From assembly GCA_964416365.1 (NCBI GenBank), contig CAYQDO010000002.1, positions 1-57,726 on the forward strand: a stretch of DNA of 57,726 nt. Direction: 5' to 3'. The notes under the pieces were generated by a model, which was not told the origin of the DNA, did no database searches, and saw only the letters and a list, made by a program, of their open reading frames with translations. The DNA comes from an uncultured Muribaculaceae bacterium (GTDB lineage Bacteria > Bacillota_I > Bacilli_A > RF39 > UBA660). Below, piece after piece: positions 34,594 through 44,470 of the stretch; position 1 is the stretch's first letter; each line of letters starts with the position of its first letter. The translations under genes and the position numbers were made by a program.

Positions 34594-35697
34594 CTAATAC
34601 TCAAACCATAAACCTTCACTTTTTAAACGAGCAACCTCTGCAGCATGCTCAGCATCTGTTATATTAAAATATGTCTTTTTATTCTTATCTGCTACAAAGT
34701 AATAATAATTATGGTCCCCTGGTTCGATAGACGCTGTAATTGAAGCTAAGCTTGGACTAGCAATTGGTCCTATAGGTAATCCTTCTACACATGTGCCTCT
34801 TGTATTATATGGATTACAATCGTTAAGATCTTTTTGATATATATCTACACTGTAATCTTTTTTAACTCCATAATATGCAGTTACATCAGATCCTAGAGTC
34901 CAGTGATCTTTTAAACGATTATAAAAAACTCCAGCAACTCCAGCGCGATCTTCAACACCAACGCCTTCCAATTCGATAATTGAGGCTAAAGTTAGAAGTT
35001 CATGAACACTGTAATCTGATACAGTAATCTCATCCTTATAAATACTTAGTTTATCTCCCATAGTAGTTAGCATTTTACCGATTATTACCTCTATATCAGC
35101 ACTTTTTTTAATGATATAGGTATCAGGAAATAAATAACCTTCTAAAGGATAATATATTTCAGCATTTAAAATGTCCTCAGTTAAAAACCAGTATTGGTTT
35201 ATCAAACTTCTTAAATATTTTTCATCAGATAATTTATTGTTAATATCTTCTTCCGAGATATTAAATGTTTCACTAATTTTTTTTACGTAATCAGTCAATC
35301 TTTTACCTTCAATAAATGTAACTGTAATAGTTTCATTTTCTAAAGAGTTAGCACTATTTAATACTCTGATTATTTCATCAACTGTCATACTTTTAGATAA
35401 TTGATAAGTTCCCGCATAAATTTCTTTTTCATTAACTTTCATATAGAATTTAAAGAAAAAAGCATTTTTTATTAGTTTTGCTTTTGATAATTCTTCGGCA
35501 ACTTTATGTTTAGACCAACCTGATTCAACAACAAAACTTTCCATTGTGTCATTTTCAGTATCAACTGGCGACAAAAAAATAAATGAAACTATTATAAAAA
35601 TCCCCAAGCAAGCAGCAATAGATATCGTAATTCCTAGAGTTATCTTGGAAATTATTGTATCTAGATTAGTTTCCTTCTTGTTCACTAGATTCACCAA
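34594..35697 (-). CDS. mltG: Endolytic murein transglycosylase MltG (YceG family)
   Basis: N-terminal TM segment, LysM-like region, and a YceG catalytic region (ASIIELE...NPYNTR). The TTG start is uncertain and overlaps yrzB by 32 nt. Confidence 0.88.
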   Translation of the reverse strand: MVNLVNKKETNLDTIISKITLGITISIAACLGIFIIVSFIFLSPVDTENDTMESFVVESGWSKHKVAEELSKAKLIKNAFFFKFYMKVNEKEIYAGTYQLSKSMTVDEIIRVLNSANSLENETITVTFIEGKRLTDYVKKISETFNISEEDINNKLSDEKYLRSLINQYWFLTEDILNAEIYYPLEGYLFPDTYIIKKSADIEVIIGKMLTTMGDKLSIYKDEITVSDYSVHELLTLASIIELEGVGVEDRAGVAGVFYNRLKDHWTLGSDVTAYYGVKKDYSVDIYQKDLNDCNPYNTRGTCVEGLPIGPIASPSLASITASIEPGDHNYYYFVADKNKKTYFNITDAEHAAEVARLKSEGLWFEY

Positions 35698-35968
35698 CTT
35701 TTGTTTGAAGTTGTGAAAGAATTCCTTCGATTAATTGCCATTCTTTATCAGTTTCAATTGGTCCCAAATCTAGAGATTTTCCTTCTGGATCATATGTATT
35801 AGCAAACACTTTAATATTATCATTTTCGTCTAAAGTATTATCAGTAAAAATAATATAACTCTTTTTAGTTTCATTATTATCAAATGTAAATAAAACTTCA
35901 TATTCTATTTCTTGACCTTCATTATTTGTTATTATAAATTTACCTGTAGATTTATCCATTTTTTTCAA
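35666..35968 (-). CDS. DUF1292 protein (YrzB family)
   Basis: 100-aa acidic protein with the IEYEVLFTF...YIIFTD...PIETDKEWQLIEGIL pattern. Confidence 0.8.
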   Translation of the reverse strand: MKKMDKSTGKFIITNNEGQEIEYEVLFTFDNNETKKSYIIFTDNTLDENDNIKVFANTYDPEGKSLDLGPIETDKEWQLIEGILSQLQTKVGESSEQEGN

Positions 35969-36371
35969 CTCTCCTTAAATAAGTGTCCAGTATTATACTG
36001 GCCGATACTTCATCAATTATGTTTTTTCTTTTTTTTCTAGATATATCAGCCTGAATTAATATATTTTCTGCTTCAACAGTACTGAGTCTTTCATCAATAA
36101 GTATTACTTCCATACTGCATCTTTCTTCCAATAACTTTTTAAATTCCAGACTGCGCTGTGCTGCCGGGCCTATAGTATTATTCATATTCTTTGGTAATCC
36201 TAATACTAAACCCTCAATTTTTTCTTTAGAAATAACTTCTACTACTTCGTCTAGTAACTTATTAATATCATAATATCTAATAAGTTTGTAAGGTGAGGCT
36301 ATTATACCTAGTTTATCACTGGTAGCTAGCCCAAGGGTTTTAGTCCCTAAATCCATTCCTAAATATCTCAT
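35952..36371 (-). CDS. ruvX: Putative pre-16S rRNA nuclease / Holliday-junction-resolvase-like RuvX (YqgF)
   Basis: MRYLGMDLGTKTLGLA start. The ATG at 36371 forms an ATGA overlap with the ireB stop. I do not use the track start at 36398. Confidence 0.9.
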   Translation of the reverse strand: MRYLGMDLGTKTLGLATSDKLGIIASPYKLIRYYDINKLLDEVVEVISKEKIEGLVLGLPKNMNNTIGPAAQRSLEFKKLLEERCSMEVILIDERLSTVEAENILIQADISRKKRKNIIDEVSASIILDTYLRRVEKNG

Positions 36372-36613
36372 TTCTTTAAATAATCCTTCAAGATACAATT
36401 AAGAATCTTACTACGATCATATTCAGACATTTTAGATCTTGCATTTTTATGAGAAGATATATAACCAGGATCACCACTGATTAAGTAACCAACGATTTGA
36501 TTAATTGAATTATAACCCTTCTCTTCTAAAGCATCATAAACATCAAGTAATGTTTTTTTCATAAGAGCATCTTCGATTTCGTCTAGTTCAAATAATCTTG
36601 TTTTGTCCAGCAT
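36368..36613 (-). CDS. ireB: IreB-family regulatory phosphoprotein (UPF0297/YrzL)
   Basis: 81 aa with YDALEEKGYNSINQIVGYLISGDPGYISSHKNAR. Confidence 0.85.
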   Translation of the reverse strand: MLDKTRLFELDEIEDALMKKTLLDVYDALEEKGYNSINQIVGYLISGDPGYISSHKNARSKMSEYDRSKILNCILKDYLKK

Positions 36614-36671
36614 CTTTTATCACCTCTAGATATTTTTATTTTAGCACAGCTAAATGACATTTACAACTAAC

Positions 36672-37295
36672 TTAAATAATATATTTAACTTTGGTTCGGT
36701 TTTCCTTACTTAGATTTAAATTGATTTTTTTACCTACCCCATATATTAGAACTTCTATTCCTCTATCGTTATAATATTTGTAAATTTTATCAGTAATAAA
36801 AACATCTAAAATCATAATAAAATCTATCTTATTTAAATTAATATTCTTATTAAAAACATAATTAATAACGCCTTTTTTATATTTTGTACTTTTCGGAATA
36901 TTATAAATATAATTAATATTGAAACTAGAAATATAATAAGTATTTTTATCATTGAGATTTAATTCCGAAATAAAAATCTTTTCTTTAAGTTCTAAAATAA
37001 AAAAATGATTTTCATATTTATTTATAACTTCTGATAATAAGGGAAGTCTTTCAATGATTTTTTTTCCAAAATTATATTTTAAAAGCTTATTATAAGTTAA
37101 AGAATTAACTAAACCTACTCCATTACTAACTCTAGATATAAAGGGATCATGAATGATTACTACTTTGTTATCTTTTGTTTTTCTTAAATCTATTTCTACT
37201 CCATAAAAACCATTTTTAAAAGCATTATCAATAGCAGAGATGGTATTTTCTCCTATTTCATCGTTATATAATCCACGGTGAGCTATAAACTGCAT
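36672..37295 (-). CDS. Glycerophosphodiester phosphodiesterase family protein
   Basis: FIAHRGL...ENTISA...GVEIDLRKTKDNKVVIIHD motifs. Confidence 0.8.
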   Translation of the reverse strand: MQFIAHRGLYNDEIGENTISAIDNAFKNGFYGVEIDLRKTKDNKVVIIHDPFISRVSNGVGLVNSLTYNKLLKYNFGKKIIERLPLLSEVINKYENHFFILELKEKIFISELNLNDKNTYYISSFNINYIYNIPKSTKYKKGVINYVFNKNINLNKIDFIMILDVFITDKIYKYYNDRGIEVLIYGVGKKINLNLSKENRTKVKYII

Positions 37296-37336
37296 ATTAT
37301 CACCTAATGTATTATATTAAAATTAAAAAAGAGAAG

Positions 37337-38737
37337 TTATTCTTCCTTCTCTTCCTTGAAAATTACTTCTTTAGTTGACATTAAGTCTGCTAAAGCATCA
37401 TCTACTGATTGTTTAGTTTTTTCTGACGTCAGATTTAACTCATTAATTAAGTCATCTTCTCTAACTTCAAACTCAGTTTTAGGAATATCTAATTTTTTTT
37501 CTTTTTTATTATTAATTTTTTCTGGTTTACCTTTTTTAGATTTTTTCTTGCCAAAAATAAAGTATGCAGCAAGCCCTATAATAGCAAGACAAATAATACT
37601 AATAATAACAATTAATAATGTTTTATTATTATTCTTCTTAGGCCCAGGAGCAATGACAACCGGTTCTGTCGAAGTAGTAGTTTCTTCAGCTTCCGATCTT
37701 ACGACAGTAATATTATATATTTTTTTATCTTGTGTTTCGGCAGAGGTTACGGTTATAGTTACAACATTTTCACCAACAATTAGATTTTCTAAACCTTTAA
37801 TCTCTACTTTAGCATTTTCATCTTCCGGAGTTGCAATGATATTTAATGCTTCAGTTTCATAGGAAACAGTTAAAGTATAATCTAATTCTTCTTTATCAAA
37901 TTTTTCAGCTAAAATAAAATTCTCAACACTTAAATCTTTTAAAAATGGTGAATTATCGGTTGTTACTCCACGATAGATAATTAAATCATATTCTGAAGTA
38001 TTGCTTCCATCTTCACTGATTGTAGAGATTTTCAATATATTTTTGCCAACGACTAATTCTGGTTTATTTTGATTAAGATAATTTGTACATCCAGAATCAC
38101 ATTTAATTGTCACATTACACATATCACACTTAGTACTTATAGTTAATGATTTAACAGTATCTCTGACATTATAAACTTTGTAACTTGTTTCAGAACTATT
38201 AAACTCTGGTGTCAAATTACCAACTGATACAGATAATCCAGTTAATTTAGCATTGGTACTTTTAGGTTTACTAGTAGTACCAGGCACTAAAGTAATATCT
38301 TTAGAATAATCTGTGCCATTAATTTCATTACCATCTTCATTGGTAAAAACAATATCAGTAATTTTAATTTTAGTTATTATATTAGTAGAAATTAAATTAT
38401 TATTTGTAATTCTCAAGTTGGCTATTTTACTAGATGTAAAAAAGCTTTCTGAATCGGCAATACTTAAAGACGATTTACTTACATTTGCTTCTCCAGCTAA
38501 CGATGATTCTTTGCTTAGATTTAAAATAACCAAACTAGAATCAGAAACTTCAATAGAAAACTCTACTTTTTTAATTTTTTCTCCACTACTCACAGTAATC
38601 ATAATATCATTTGATCCAGTATTTGACCCACTAATTGTTTTATCCCCATCAAATGTTAATGAAGCAGCGTTGACATTTAAAATATTAAATATATATAAGA
38701 ATAATACATAAATAGTTAATTTAATTACTTTTTTCAA
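37337..38737 (-). CDS. Secreted, C-terminally anchored protein with two cadherin-like beta-sandwich domains
   Basis: Signal peptide ...ILNVNA/AS. Two L..LSV..G.L.P.F....Y.V modules. C-terminal TM helix and Lys-rich tail. Confidence 0.7.
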   Translation of the reverse strand: MKKVIKLTIYVLFLYIFNILNVNAASLTFDGDKTISGSNTGSNDIMITVSSGEKIKKVEFSIEVSDSSLVILNLSKESSLAGEANVSKSSLSIADSESFFTSSKIANLRITNNNLISTNIITKIKITDIVFTNEDGNEINGTDYSKDITLVPGTTSKPKSTNAKLTGLSVSVGNLTPEFNSSETSYKVYNVRDTVKSLTISTKCDMCNVTIKCDSGCTNYLNQNKPELVVGKNILKISTISEDGSNTSEYDLIIYRGVTTDNSPFLKDLSVENFILAEKFDKEELDYTLTVSYETEALNIIATPEDENAKVEIKGLENLIVGENVVTITVTSAETQDKKIYNITVVRSEAEETTTSTEPVVIAPGPKKNNNKTLLIVIISIICLAIIGLAAYFIFGKKKSKKGKPEKINNKKEKKLDIPKTEFEVREDDLINELNLTSEKTKQSVDDALADLMSTKEVIFKEEKEE

Positions 38738-38823
38738 TTCGATAACCTCTTTACTATAAAATTATTTTAACATATTTCCTTTTTTTTTCAAGTTGCTAAT
38801 TATTTTACAATTGTTATACATAA

Positions 38824-39906
38824 TCATATTAATTTTAATAAGATTTCATTCATTACATAAATCCTATCGGGGTTAATAAATATAAAACCATTTTTATATA
38901 TTAAATCTTTACTTTTTAAAAGAGGTGTTACAGGAAATACCTCCTGAATATTAACTTCAAACTTATCAAAAAAATCTTGTAAGCTTATTCCTGCCATTTT
39001 TCTTAAACCAAGCATTAATTCATATTCCATTGTTTCTTGTTTGGATAAAAGGGCTTCATTTAAACGATAATTTCCTTGACAATAAGCATCAATATTTTTT
39101 GTATTCTCATATCTAAAACCATTCATATAACCAGCAGAACCTAAACCAAAACCATAGTATTCTTCATTATTCCAATAATTTAAATTGTGCTTAGAAAAAC
39201 ATCCATCTTTAGAAAAATTACTTACTTCATAATGATTATATCCTTTGGATTTAAGTTTTTTACAAATATACCGATACATTTCTTCTTCTTTATCTTCAGC
39301 AATATTTTTTTCACCTTTAATTCTAATCTTAGTACTGTCTTCAATTATTAATGAATATGTACTAATATGTTCAGGATTTAGTTTTAAAATCATTTTTAAA
39401 TCCTTTTTTAGGGTTTCTAATCCTTCATTAGGTATACCATACATTAAATCTAAATTAATATTAGTAATACCTTTAATTCTAATTAGTTCTATTTTCTTTT
39501 TTAATTCCTCAAAATTATTTTTGCGCTCCATAAATGCTAATTTTTCTTGATTAAATGATTGAACACCAATACTAATCCGATTTATACCATTTATTTTTAA
39601 AATATTAATTAATAAATCATTAATATCCTCTGGATTACATTCAAAAGTAATTTCACAGTCAGATGTTTTATTAATAAGTTTAACTATTTCAAATAATATG
39701 TTTAATTCTTTAGGATTTAAAATCGAAGGTGTTCCCCCACCTATATAAATAGTTTTAATATCTTCATTTAAGTAATATTCCTCTACTTCCTGTCTTAAAG
39801 CATTTAAATATCTTTCGGCATCTTTAGCTGTATATAACATTTTACAAAAATCACAATAAGAGCAGATATTTTGACAAAAAGGAATATGAATGTAAATACT
39901 TTCCAT
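38824..39906 (-). CDS. hemW: Radical-SAM heme chaperone HemW (HemN-like)
   Basis: CQNICSYCDFC radical-SAM cluster motif at the N-terminus, 360 aa. Confidence 0.88.
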   Translation of the reverse strand: MESIYIHIPFCQNICSYCDFCKMLYTAKDAERYLNALRQEVEEYYLNEDIKTIYIGGGTPSILNPKELNILFEIVKLINKTSDCEITFECNPEDINDLLINILKINGINRISIGVQSFNQEKLAFMERKNNFEELKKKIELIRIKGITNINLDLMYGIPNEGLETLKKDLKMILKLNPEHISTYSLIIEDSTKIRIKGEKNIAEDKEEEMYRYICKKLKSKGYNHYEVSNFSKDGCFSKHNLNYWNNEEYYGFGLGSAGYMNGFRYENTKNIDAYCQGNYRLNEALLSKQETMEYELMLGLRKMAGISLQDFFDKFEVNIQEVFPVTPLLKSKDLIYKNGFIFINPDRIYVMNEILLKLI

Positions 39907-39968
39907 ATATCTTACCTCAATTATTATTATACAAAAAAAACAATTATTTTGAAAGTTAATAATCGTTT

Positions 39969-41708
39969 TTATTTTTCAAAAATAGGTTCGTTATTTATTT
40001 CCGACTTTTCAGAAGATATATAATTAACAAATCTGAAGTTTTCCATACTAATATCTTCAAGAATTAGTTTATTATCTTTATATTCAAAAGTTAGATTAAT
40101 AATTTGAAATTCACCTTCTTGTTTATCCGGATTATTATCAAGCTCAACTTTAATTTTAGTATTTTTGTCCAAAACACTAAAACTTTTAGATTCCATATCT
40201 ATTAAACTAATTTTAAAACTTGGATCAAAATTTAATTCGTTAGGAAAATATTTTTTTAGTAAAGATTCTTGATTATTAATTATTTCATACAATTCTTTAC
40301 TATAGGATTTATAACCTGAATCTAGTAATTCATTTCCAATATTATAACCTTTTTCAATAGTCATGAAGGCATCAATTAAAAGACCAAATGTTTGATCTTC
40401 CAAAAAAGATTTTTGATATTTTTTTTCAAAAATGTGGGTAAGGTCATCAATAATCTGATAGCTCAAGAAATCAACATTATTGTTACCTCTGTAGACATAC
40501 ATTAATCGATGATATAAATCTAACCTCGAAAATATATCTAATACTTCTTCCTCTGTGAATCCCAATTCCAATACAGCATTCATGAGGATGACTATTTTGC
40601 TTTCAGATTGATGAGCTTCAAGCATTAGCTCTGACCCAAAAATGTAAGTATATAAGTCAACTATTTTTTGATCTCTAGTATAAGAATAACAATCAGTATA
40701 TCCTATATCTTGCGTAAAAGAACTAACTAAACCTTCTTCAAAAAGACTTCCATTTATAGGATTAGGCAAACCATATATATCATTAAAAAATTTACCTTCC
40801 TGAAAAGTTACAATAGCATGGCAAGTATAATCGCTTCTACTTCCATTAAAATGCTCAAATTCATGATAGATAGTAGATTCCTTCTCAGCCTGCTTTAAAA
40901 CTACAATTTCTGGGGTATTAGCATAATACCCCGCATAAGTTTCATCAGGATATGGTTCTCTTTCCAAATAATTTAAGATACTTAATTTATTGAAATAATC
41001 ATCAAAGTTTATATAATTTTTAGCTAACATCAAACGAGGAAAAGTACTAATACCTATCCTTTTAGCATAATCGGGAATATTATTGTTATTTTCCATAACT
41101 AAGCACATATGATTGAATAATTCTTGATTTTCCATAATAATTTCTTGGAATTGTTCCATGTTATATTTTTCAATATTAATTTGCGTCTGCTTTAATATTT
41201 CATCTTGATTGTTTTCCATTATTTCAGGCTGAATACCTGCGGTTTGTTCAGTCGTATTGGGTAAGTTAAAGTCTTGTTCATCAATTTCTTCTTTGATAGT
41301 TATTTCTGCGGCGATTTCCTTATTTTCATCATATTCATCAATTATTTCATCAAATATATCTTTTTGTTCGGGAGTTGGCTCTGCTATGTTTTCAATACTA
41401 AAATTCGGTAAATTATCAATAGATTTGAGATCTTCTTTTTTTATAGCACAACCAGTTAATGATGTTAAAGTAATATTTAATCCTAATATTATAGATAGAG
41501 CTTTAATATTAATTTTATTACGTAAATATACTTTTTTAAGATCTATATATAATAGTTGATTTAATCTTTCGTTCTCTTGATCACCAATATAATTAAAATT
41601 TTCCTGTTCATCTTTAACATAGAAAATCCATTTATCTAAAAGATAATCCCTTTTTACGTAATAATTAATACCATTTAAATTAACTACACTTATAAAATTT
41701 TGATCCAT
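39969..41708 (-). CDS. Orphan 579-aa membrane-anchored protein with an HExxH metallopeptidase motif
   Basis: AAGGAG SD. Hydrophobic segment with the lipobox-like LTSLTGC (Cys87). An acidic linker follows. YHEFEH lies at residues 281-286 (40851-40865). Confidence 0.6.
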   Translation of the reverse strand: MDQNFISVVNLNGINYYVKRDYLLDKWIFYVKDEQENFNYIGDQENERLNQLLYIDLKKVYLRNKINIKALSIILGLNITLTSLTGCAIKKEDLKSIDNLPNFSIENIAEPTPEQKDIFDEIIDEYDENKEIAAEITIKEEIDEQDFNLPNTTEQTAGIQPEIMENNQDEILKQTQINIEKYNMEQFQEIIMENQELFNHMCLVMENNNNIPDYAKRIGISTFPRLMLAKNYINFDDYFNKLSILNYLEREPYPDETYAGYYANTPEIVVLKQAEKESTIYHEFEHFNGSRSDYTCHAIVTFQEGKFFNDIYGLPNPINGSLFEEGLVSSFTQDIGYTDCYSYTRDQKIVDLYTYIFGSELMLEAHQSESKIVILMNAVLELGFTEEEVLDIFSRLDLYHRLMYVYRGNNNVDFLSYQIIDDLTHIFEKKYQKSFLEDQTFGLLIDAFMTIEKGYNIGNELLDSGYKSYSKELYEIINNQESLLKKYFPNELNFDPSFKISLIDMESKSFSVLDKNTKIKVELDNNPDKQEGEFQIINLTFEYKDNKLILEDISMENFRFVNYISSEKSEINNEPIFEK

Positions 41709-41893
41709 ATCCTACTCCTTATTTATTTTCTTTATTTAAACAAAAATCGATTTGCGAACTTCCAAATTCATATATTGGAGCATATGGAAATATCATTAAA
41801 TATTTGATCTAATTGCTCTTTAATTTGATCATTATTAAAGGGTGTAGCTAGAACCGCTCCGACTATACAATATATTATAACATATTAAATTTA

Positions 41894-41924
41894 GAAAAAA
41901 AATAAAGACTATAAAATAGTCTTT
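41894..41924 (-). terminator. Intrinsic terminator downstream of lepA
   Basis: On the minus strand: AAAGACTAT-ttt-ATAGTCTTT followed by ATTTTTTTT. Confidence 0.65.
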
Positions 41925-42057
41925 AAAACCTATGTTGAATGTCATTCCTTTTTAAAATCTTTCTTGTTTTAGCTGCCATATATCCGAGATTCCCTTTTTG
42001 ATGACAATTGTTTTACCATAAATTATTTTTTTTCAATTTTGTGTAAAAATTAAATGG

Positions 42058-43836
42058 TTATCTTTCCGTTTTTAAAATACTTAAGAATGCTTCAGGAGGT
42101 ATTTCAACACTACCAACCATTTTCATTCTTTTCTTACCTTCTTTTTGTTTTTCTAATAGTTTTCTTTTACGAGTGATATCTCCACCATAACATTTAGCTA
42201 AAACATTTTTACGCATGGCACTGATATTTTCTCTAGCAATTACTTTTGAGCCAATACTAGCTTGGATAGGAACTTCAAATAATTGTCTAGGAATAATGTC
42301 TCTTAAATTTTTAGTAATAGTCCTTCCTCTTTGATAAGCAGTATCCTTATGAACTATAACACTTAAGGCATCTACTATTTCCCCATTAAGAAGAATATCC
42401 ATCTTAACTAAATCACTTTCTTTATACCCGGCTAATTCATAATCAAATGAAGCATATCCTTTAGTATAACTTTTTAAACGATCAAAAAAGTCATAAACTA
42501 TTTCGGCTAAAGGCAGTTCATAATGAATATTGACTCTTTTCGAATCAATGTATTCCGTAGTTATGTAGTGTCCTCTTTTATCTTGGCATAATTCCATGAT
42601 AGTTCCGATGTAATCACTTGGAACAAAGATACTAGCTTTTACATAGGGCTCGCTTATTGACTCGATTTTAACTCGATCTGGCATTTCACATGGATTATCA
42701 ATATATATTTCTTCTCCATCAGTTAATAAAATTTTATATACAACAGATGGACTAGTGGCTATAATATCAATACCAAATTCTCTTTTAATTCTTTCTTCAA
42801 TAATTTCTAAATGTAATAACCCTAAGAAACCACATCTAAAACCAAATCCTAATGCTTCACTGGTTTCTGGCTCAAAAGTAAAGGAAGCATCATTAAGTTT
42901 TAGTTTTTCTAAAGCTTCTTTTAATGATTCAAACTTGTTTGGTTCTATGGGATAAATACCTGAAAAAACCATTGGTTTCATTATTTGATAACCCGGAAGA
43001 GGATTACTAGCTTTCATTCTCTTTGTTGTTATTGTATCTCCCACTCTAACCACATCAATATTTTTAATACTAGCACTAATCCATCCTACTGAACCAGCTT
43101 TTAAAGATTTTACTCGCGTTTCATCTGGTTTATTAACTCCTATTTCAACAACTTCATATTCTGCACCAGTTGCCATCATTTTAATAGTATCTTTTTCATT
43201 TATTTCACCAGATTTAACAGCAATTGAGGCAATAACCCCTCGGTATGAATCAAAATATGAATCAAAAATTAAAGCTTTTGTTTCTTTAGAATTATCTTCT
43301 TTTGGAGCAGGAATTCTATCAATAATGGCATCTAACATCTCTAAAACACCTACACCGGTTTTGGCACTACAAAGAAGAATTTCATTATTGGTAAAACCAA
43401 ACATATCGTGTAGTTCTTTTTGGACACGAGGAACATCCGCATTTGGTAAATCAATTTTATTTATTACCGGAATAATTGTTAAATTATTATTTAAAGCTAA
43501 AAAAAGATTAGCTAAAGTTTGCGCTTCTACCCCTTGGGCAGCATCCACAACTAAAAGAGCACCTTCACAAGCAGCTAAACTTCTTGATACTTCATATGAA
43601 AAATCGACATGCCCCGGAGTATCTATTAAATGCAATGTGTGCCCTTTGTACTCTAACTCTACAGTATTTAATTTAATTGTAATACCACGTTCTCTTTCAA
43701 TATCCATGCTATCTAAAAGCTGTGGTTTCATATTTCTTTTATCAACAACCCCAGTAAGCTCTAAAATTCGATCGGCTAAAGTGCTTTTACCGTGATCAAT
43801 ATGAGCAATAATACAAAAATTGCGAATTTTTTCCAT
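42058..43836 (-). CDS. lepA: Elongation factor 4 (LepA)
   Basis: [32 protein letters not shown] and the LepA C-terminal domain. I prefer the ATG at 43836 (AGGTGA SD) to the GTG at 43848. Confidence 0.95.
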   Translation of the reverse strand: MEKIRNFCIIAHIDHGKSTLADRILELTGVVDKRNMKPQLLDSMDIERERGITIKLNTVELEYKGHTLHLIDTPGHVDFSYEVSRSLAACEGALLVVDAAQGVEAQTLANLFLALNNNLTIIPVINKIDLPNADVPRVQKELHDMFGFTNNEILLCSAKTGVGVLEMLDAIIDRIPAPKEDNSKETKALIFDSYFDSYRGVIASIAVKSGEINEKDTIKMMATGAEYEVVEIGVNKPDETRVKSLKAGSVGWISASIKNIDVVRVGDTITTKRMKASNPLPGYQIMKPMVFSGIYPIEPNKFESLKEALEKLKLNDASFTFEPETSEALGFGFRCGFLGLLHLEIIEERIKREFGIDIIATSPSVVYKILLTDGEEIYIDNPCEMPDRVKIESISEPYVKASIFVPSDYIGTIMELCQDKRGHYITTEYIDSKRVNIHYELPLAEIVYDFFDRLKSYTKGYASFDYELAGYKESDLVKMDILLNGEIVDALSVIVHKDTAYQRGRTITKNLRDIIPRQLFEVPIQASIGSKVIARENISAMRKNVLAKCYGGDITRKRKLLEKQKEGKKRMKMVGSVEIPPEAFLSILKTER

Positions 43837-43879
43837 CGTGTCAATCACCTAGAGGTAATTTTATCATATATCACAAAAA

Positions 43880-44395
43880 TTATAAATGTTTTTCCATTAG
43901 TTTTTCTTCTCTTAAATAGCTTTTATAAAATTTATCATCTAAACTATATAAATAATCCAAAATATCATTTAATTCAGTTTTGCTTTGCTCTTTAAAATTT
44001 CGGCTTAATAATAATTTTAAAAACTCATTATTATTTTTATTTTTATAAATATAATAGATATTATCTTTAAATTGGGGTATTCCTTTGAAAGAATTAAAGA
44101 CAATCATAATCACTTTCTTATCTGATATGGTAGTGAGATAATCCAAAATAATAAAACTGTCTTCTATAGTGTTATTTGGTTCGTGATTAAAATCTAAATA
44201 TAGAATATTATTTTTGCTTTCTAAAATAACATAACTTTTTAAATTATTAGTTATATTATTAAATGTTTCAATTAATTCATAAGTGTCTTTATCTTTCGTA
44301 ATATCAATAATTAAATCTTCTATGTATGTTTTAAATTTACTGTTCCATAAATAATAAAAAGTGTATGGATTCATTAAAGTAATATATTTTTTCAT
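43880..44395 (-). CDS. Hypothetical 171-aa protein
   Basis: Intact ORF between alaS and lepA. I recognise no family; there is only a weak D...ExK-like pattern (VILESK). Confidence 0.5.
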   Translation of the reverse strand: MKKYITLMNPYTFYYLWNSKFKTYIEDLIIDITKDKDTYELIETFNNITNNLKSYVILESKNNILYLDFNHEPNNTIEDSFIILDYLTTISDKKVIMIVFNSFKGIPQFKDNIYYIYKNKNNNEFLKLLLSRNFKEQSKTELNDILDYLYSLDDKFYKSYLREEKLMEKHL

Positions 44396-44439
44396 AATTC
44401 ACTTCCAAATATATATATTAATATTTTATTTAAAATTCC

Positions 44440-44470
44440 TTTAAAAAAATATTGAATTCCTTCAATATTT
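44440..44470 (-). terminator. Intrinsic terminator of alaS
   Basis: On the minus strand: TAA-AATATTGAA-ggaa-TTCAATATT-TTTTT, directly at the stop codon. Confidence 0.7.

Noticed and set aside
37356-38711. 168-aa and 132-aa + strand ORFs (37356-37862, 38313-38711)
   Set aside because: Both are antisense to the cadherin-like surface protein gene. Their Ser/Leu/Ile-rich composition is that of reverse-frame artefacts.
41768-41884. ORF fragment …YVIIYCIVGAVLATPFNNDQIKEQLDQIFNDISICSNI* on the minus strand
   Set aside because: It has no ATG, GTG or TTG start in frame after the upstream stop, and no SD. I treat it as a possible gene remnant, not a feature.
41923-41979. 18-aa basic ORF MAAKTRKILKRNDIQHRF between lepA and its terminator
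   Set aside because: The SD-like GGGA lies ~13 nt from the ATG, and the ORF ends inside the terminator stem. The evidence is too weak to call.
1970-43848. N-terminal extensions used by the ORF track (starts at 1970, 6846, 13168, 14933, 21067, 29504, 36398, 43848)
   Set aside because: These are GTG, TTG or distal ATG codons without an SD. In each case a downstream ATG has a good SD, a stop/start overlap, or restores the conserved N-terminus. The 21067 start lies in the T-box terminator U-run.
42755-43995. + strand ORFs 42755-42955, 43325-43795 and 43792-43995
   Set aside because: They are antisense to lepA and to the 171-aa gene. lepA is unambiguous on the minus strand.
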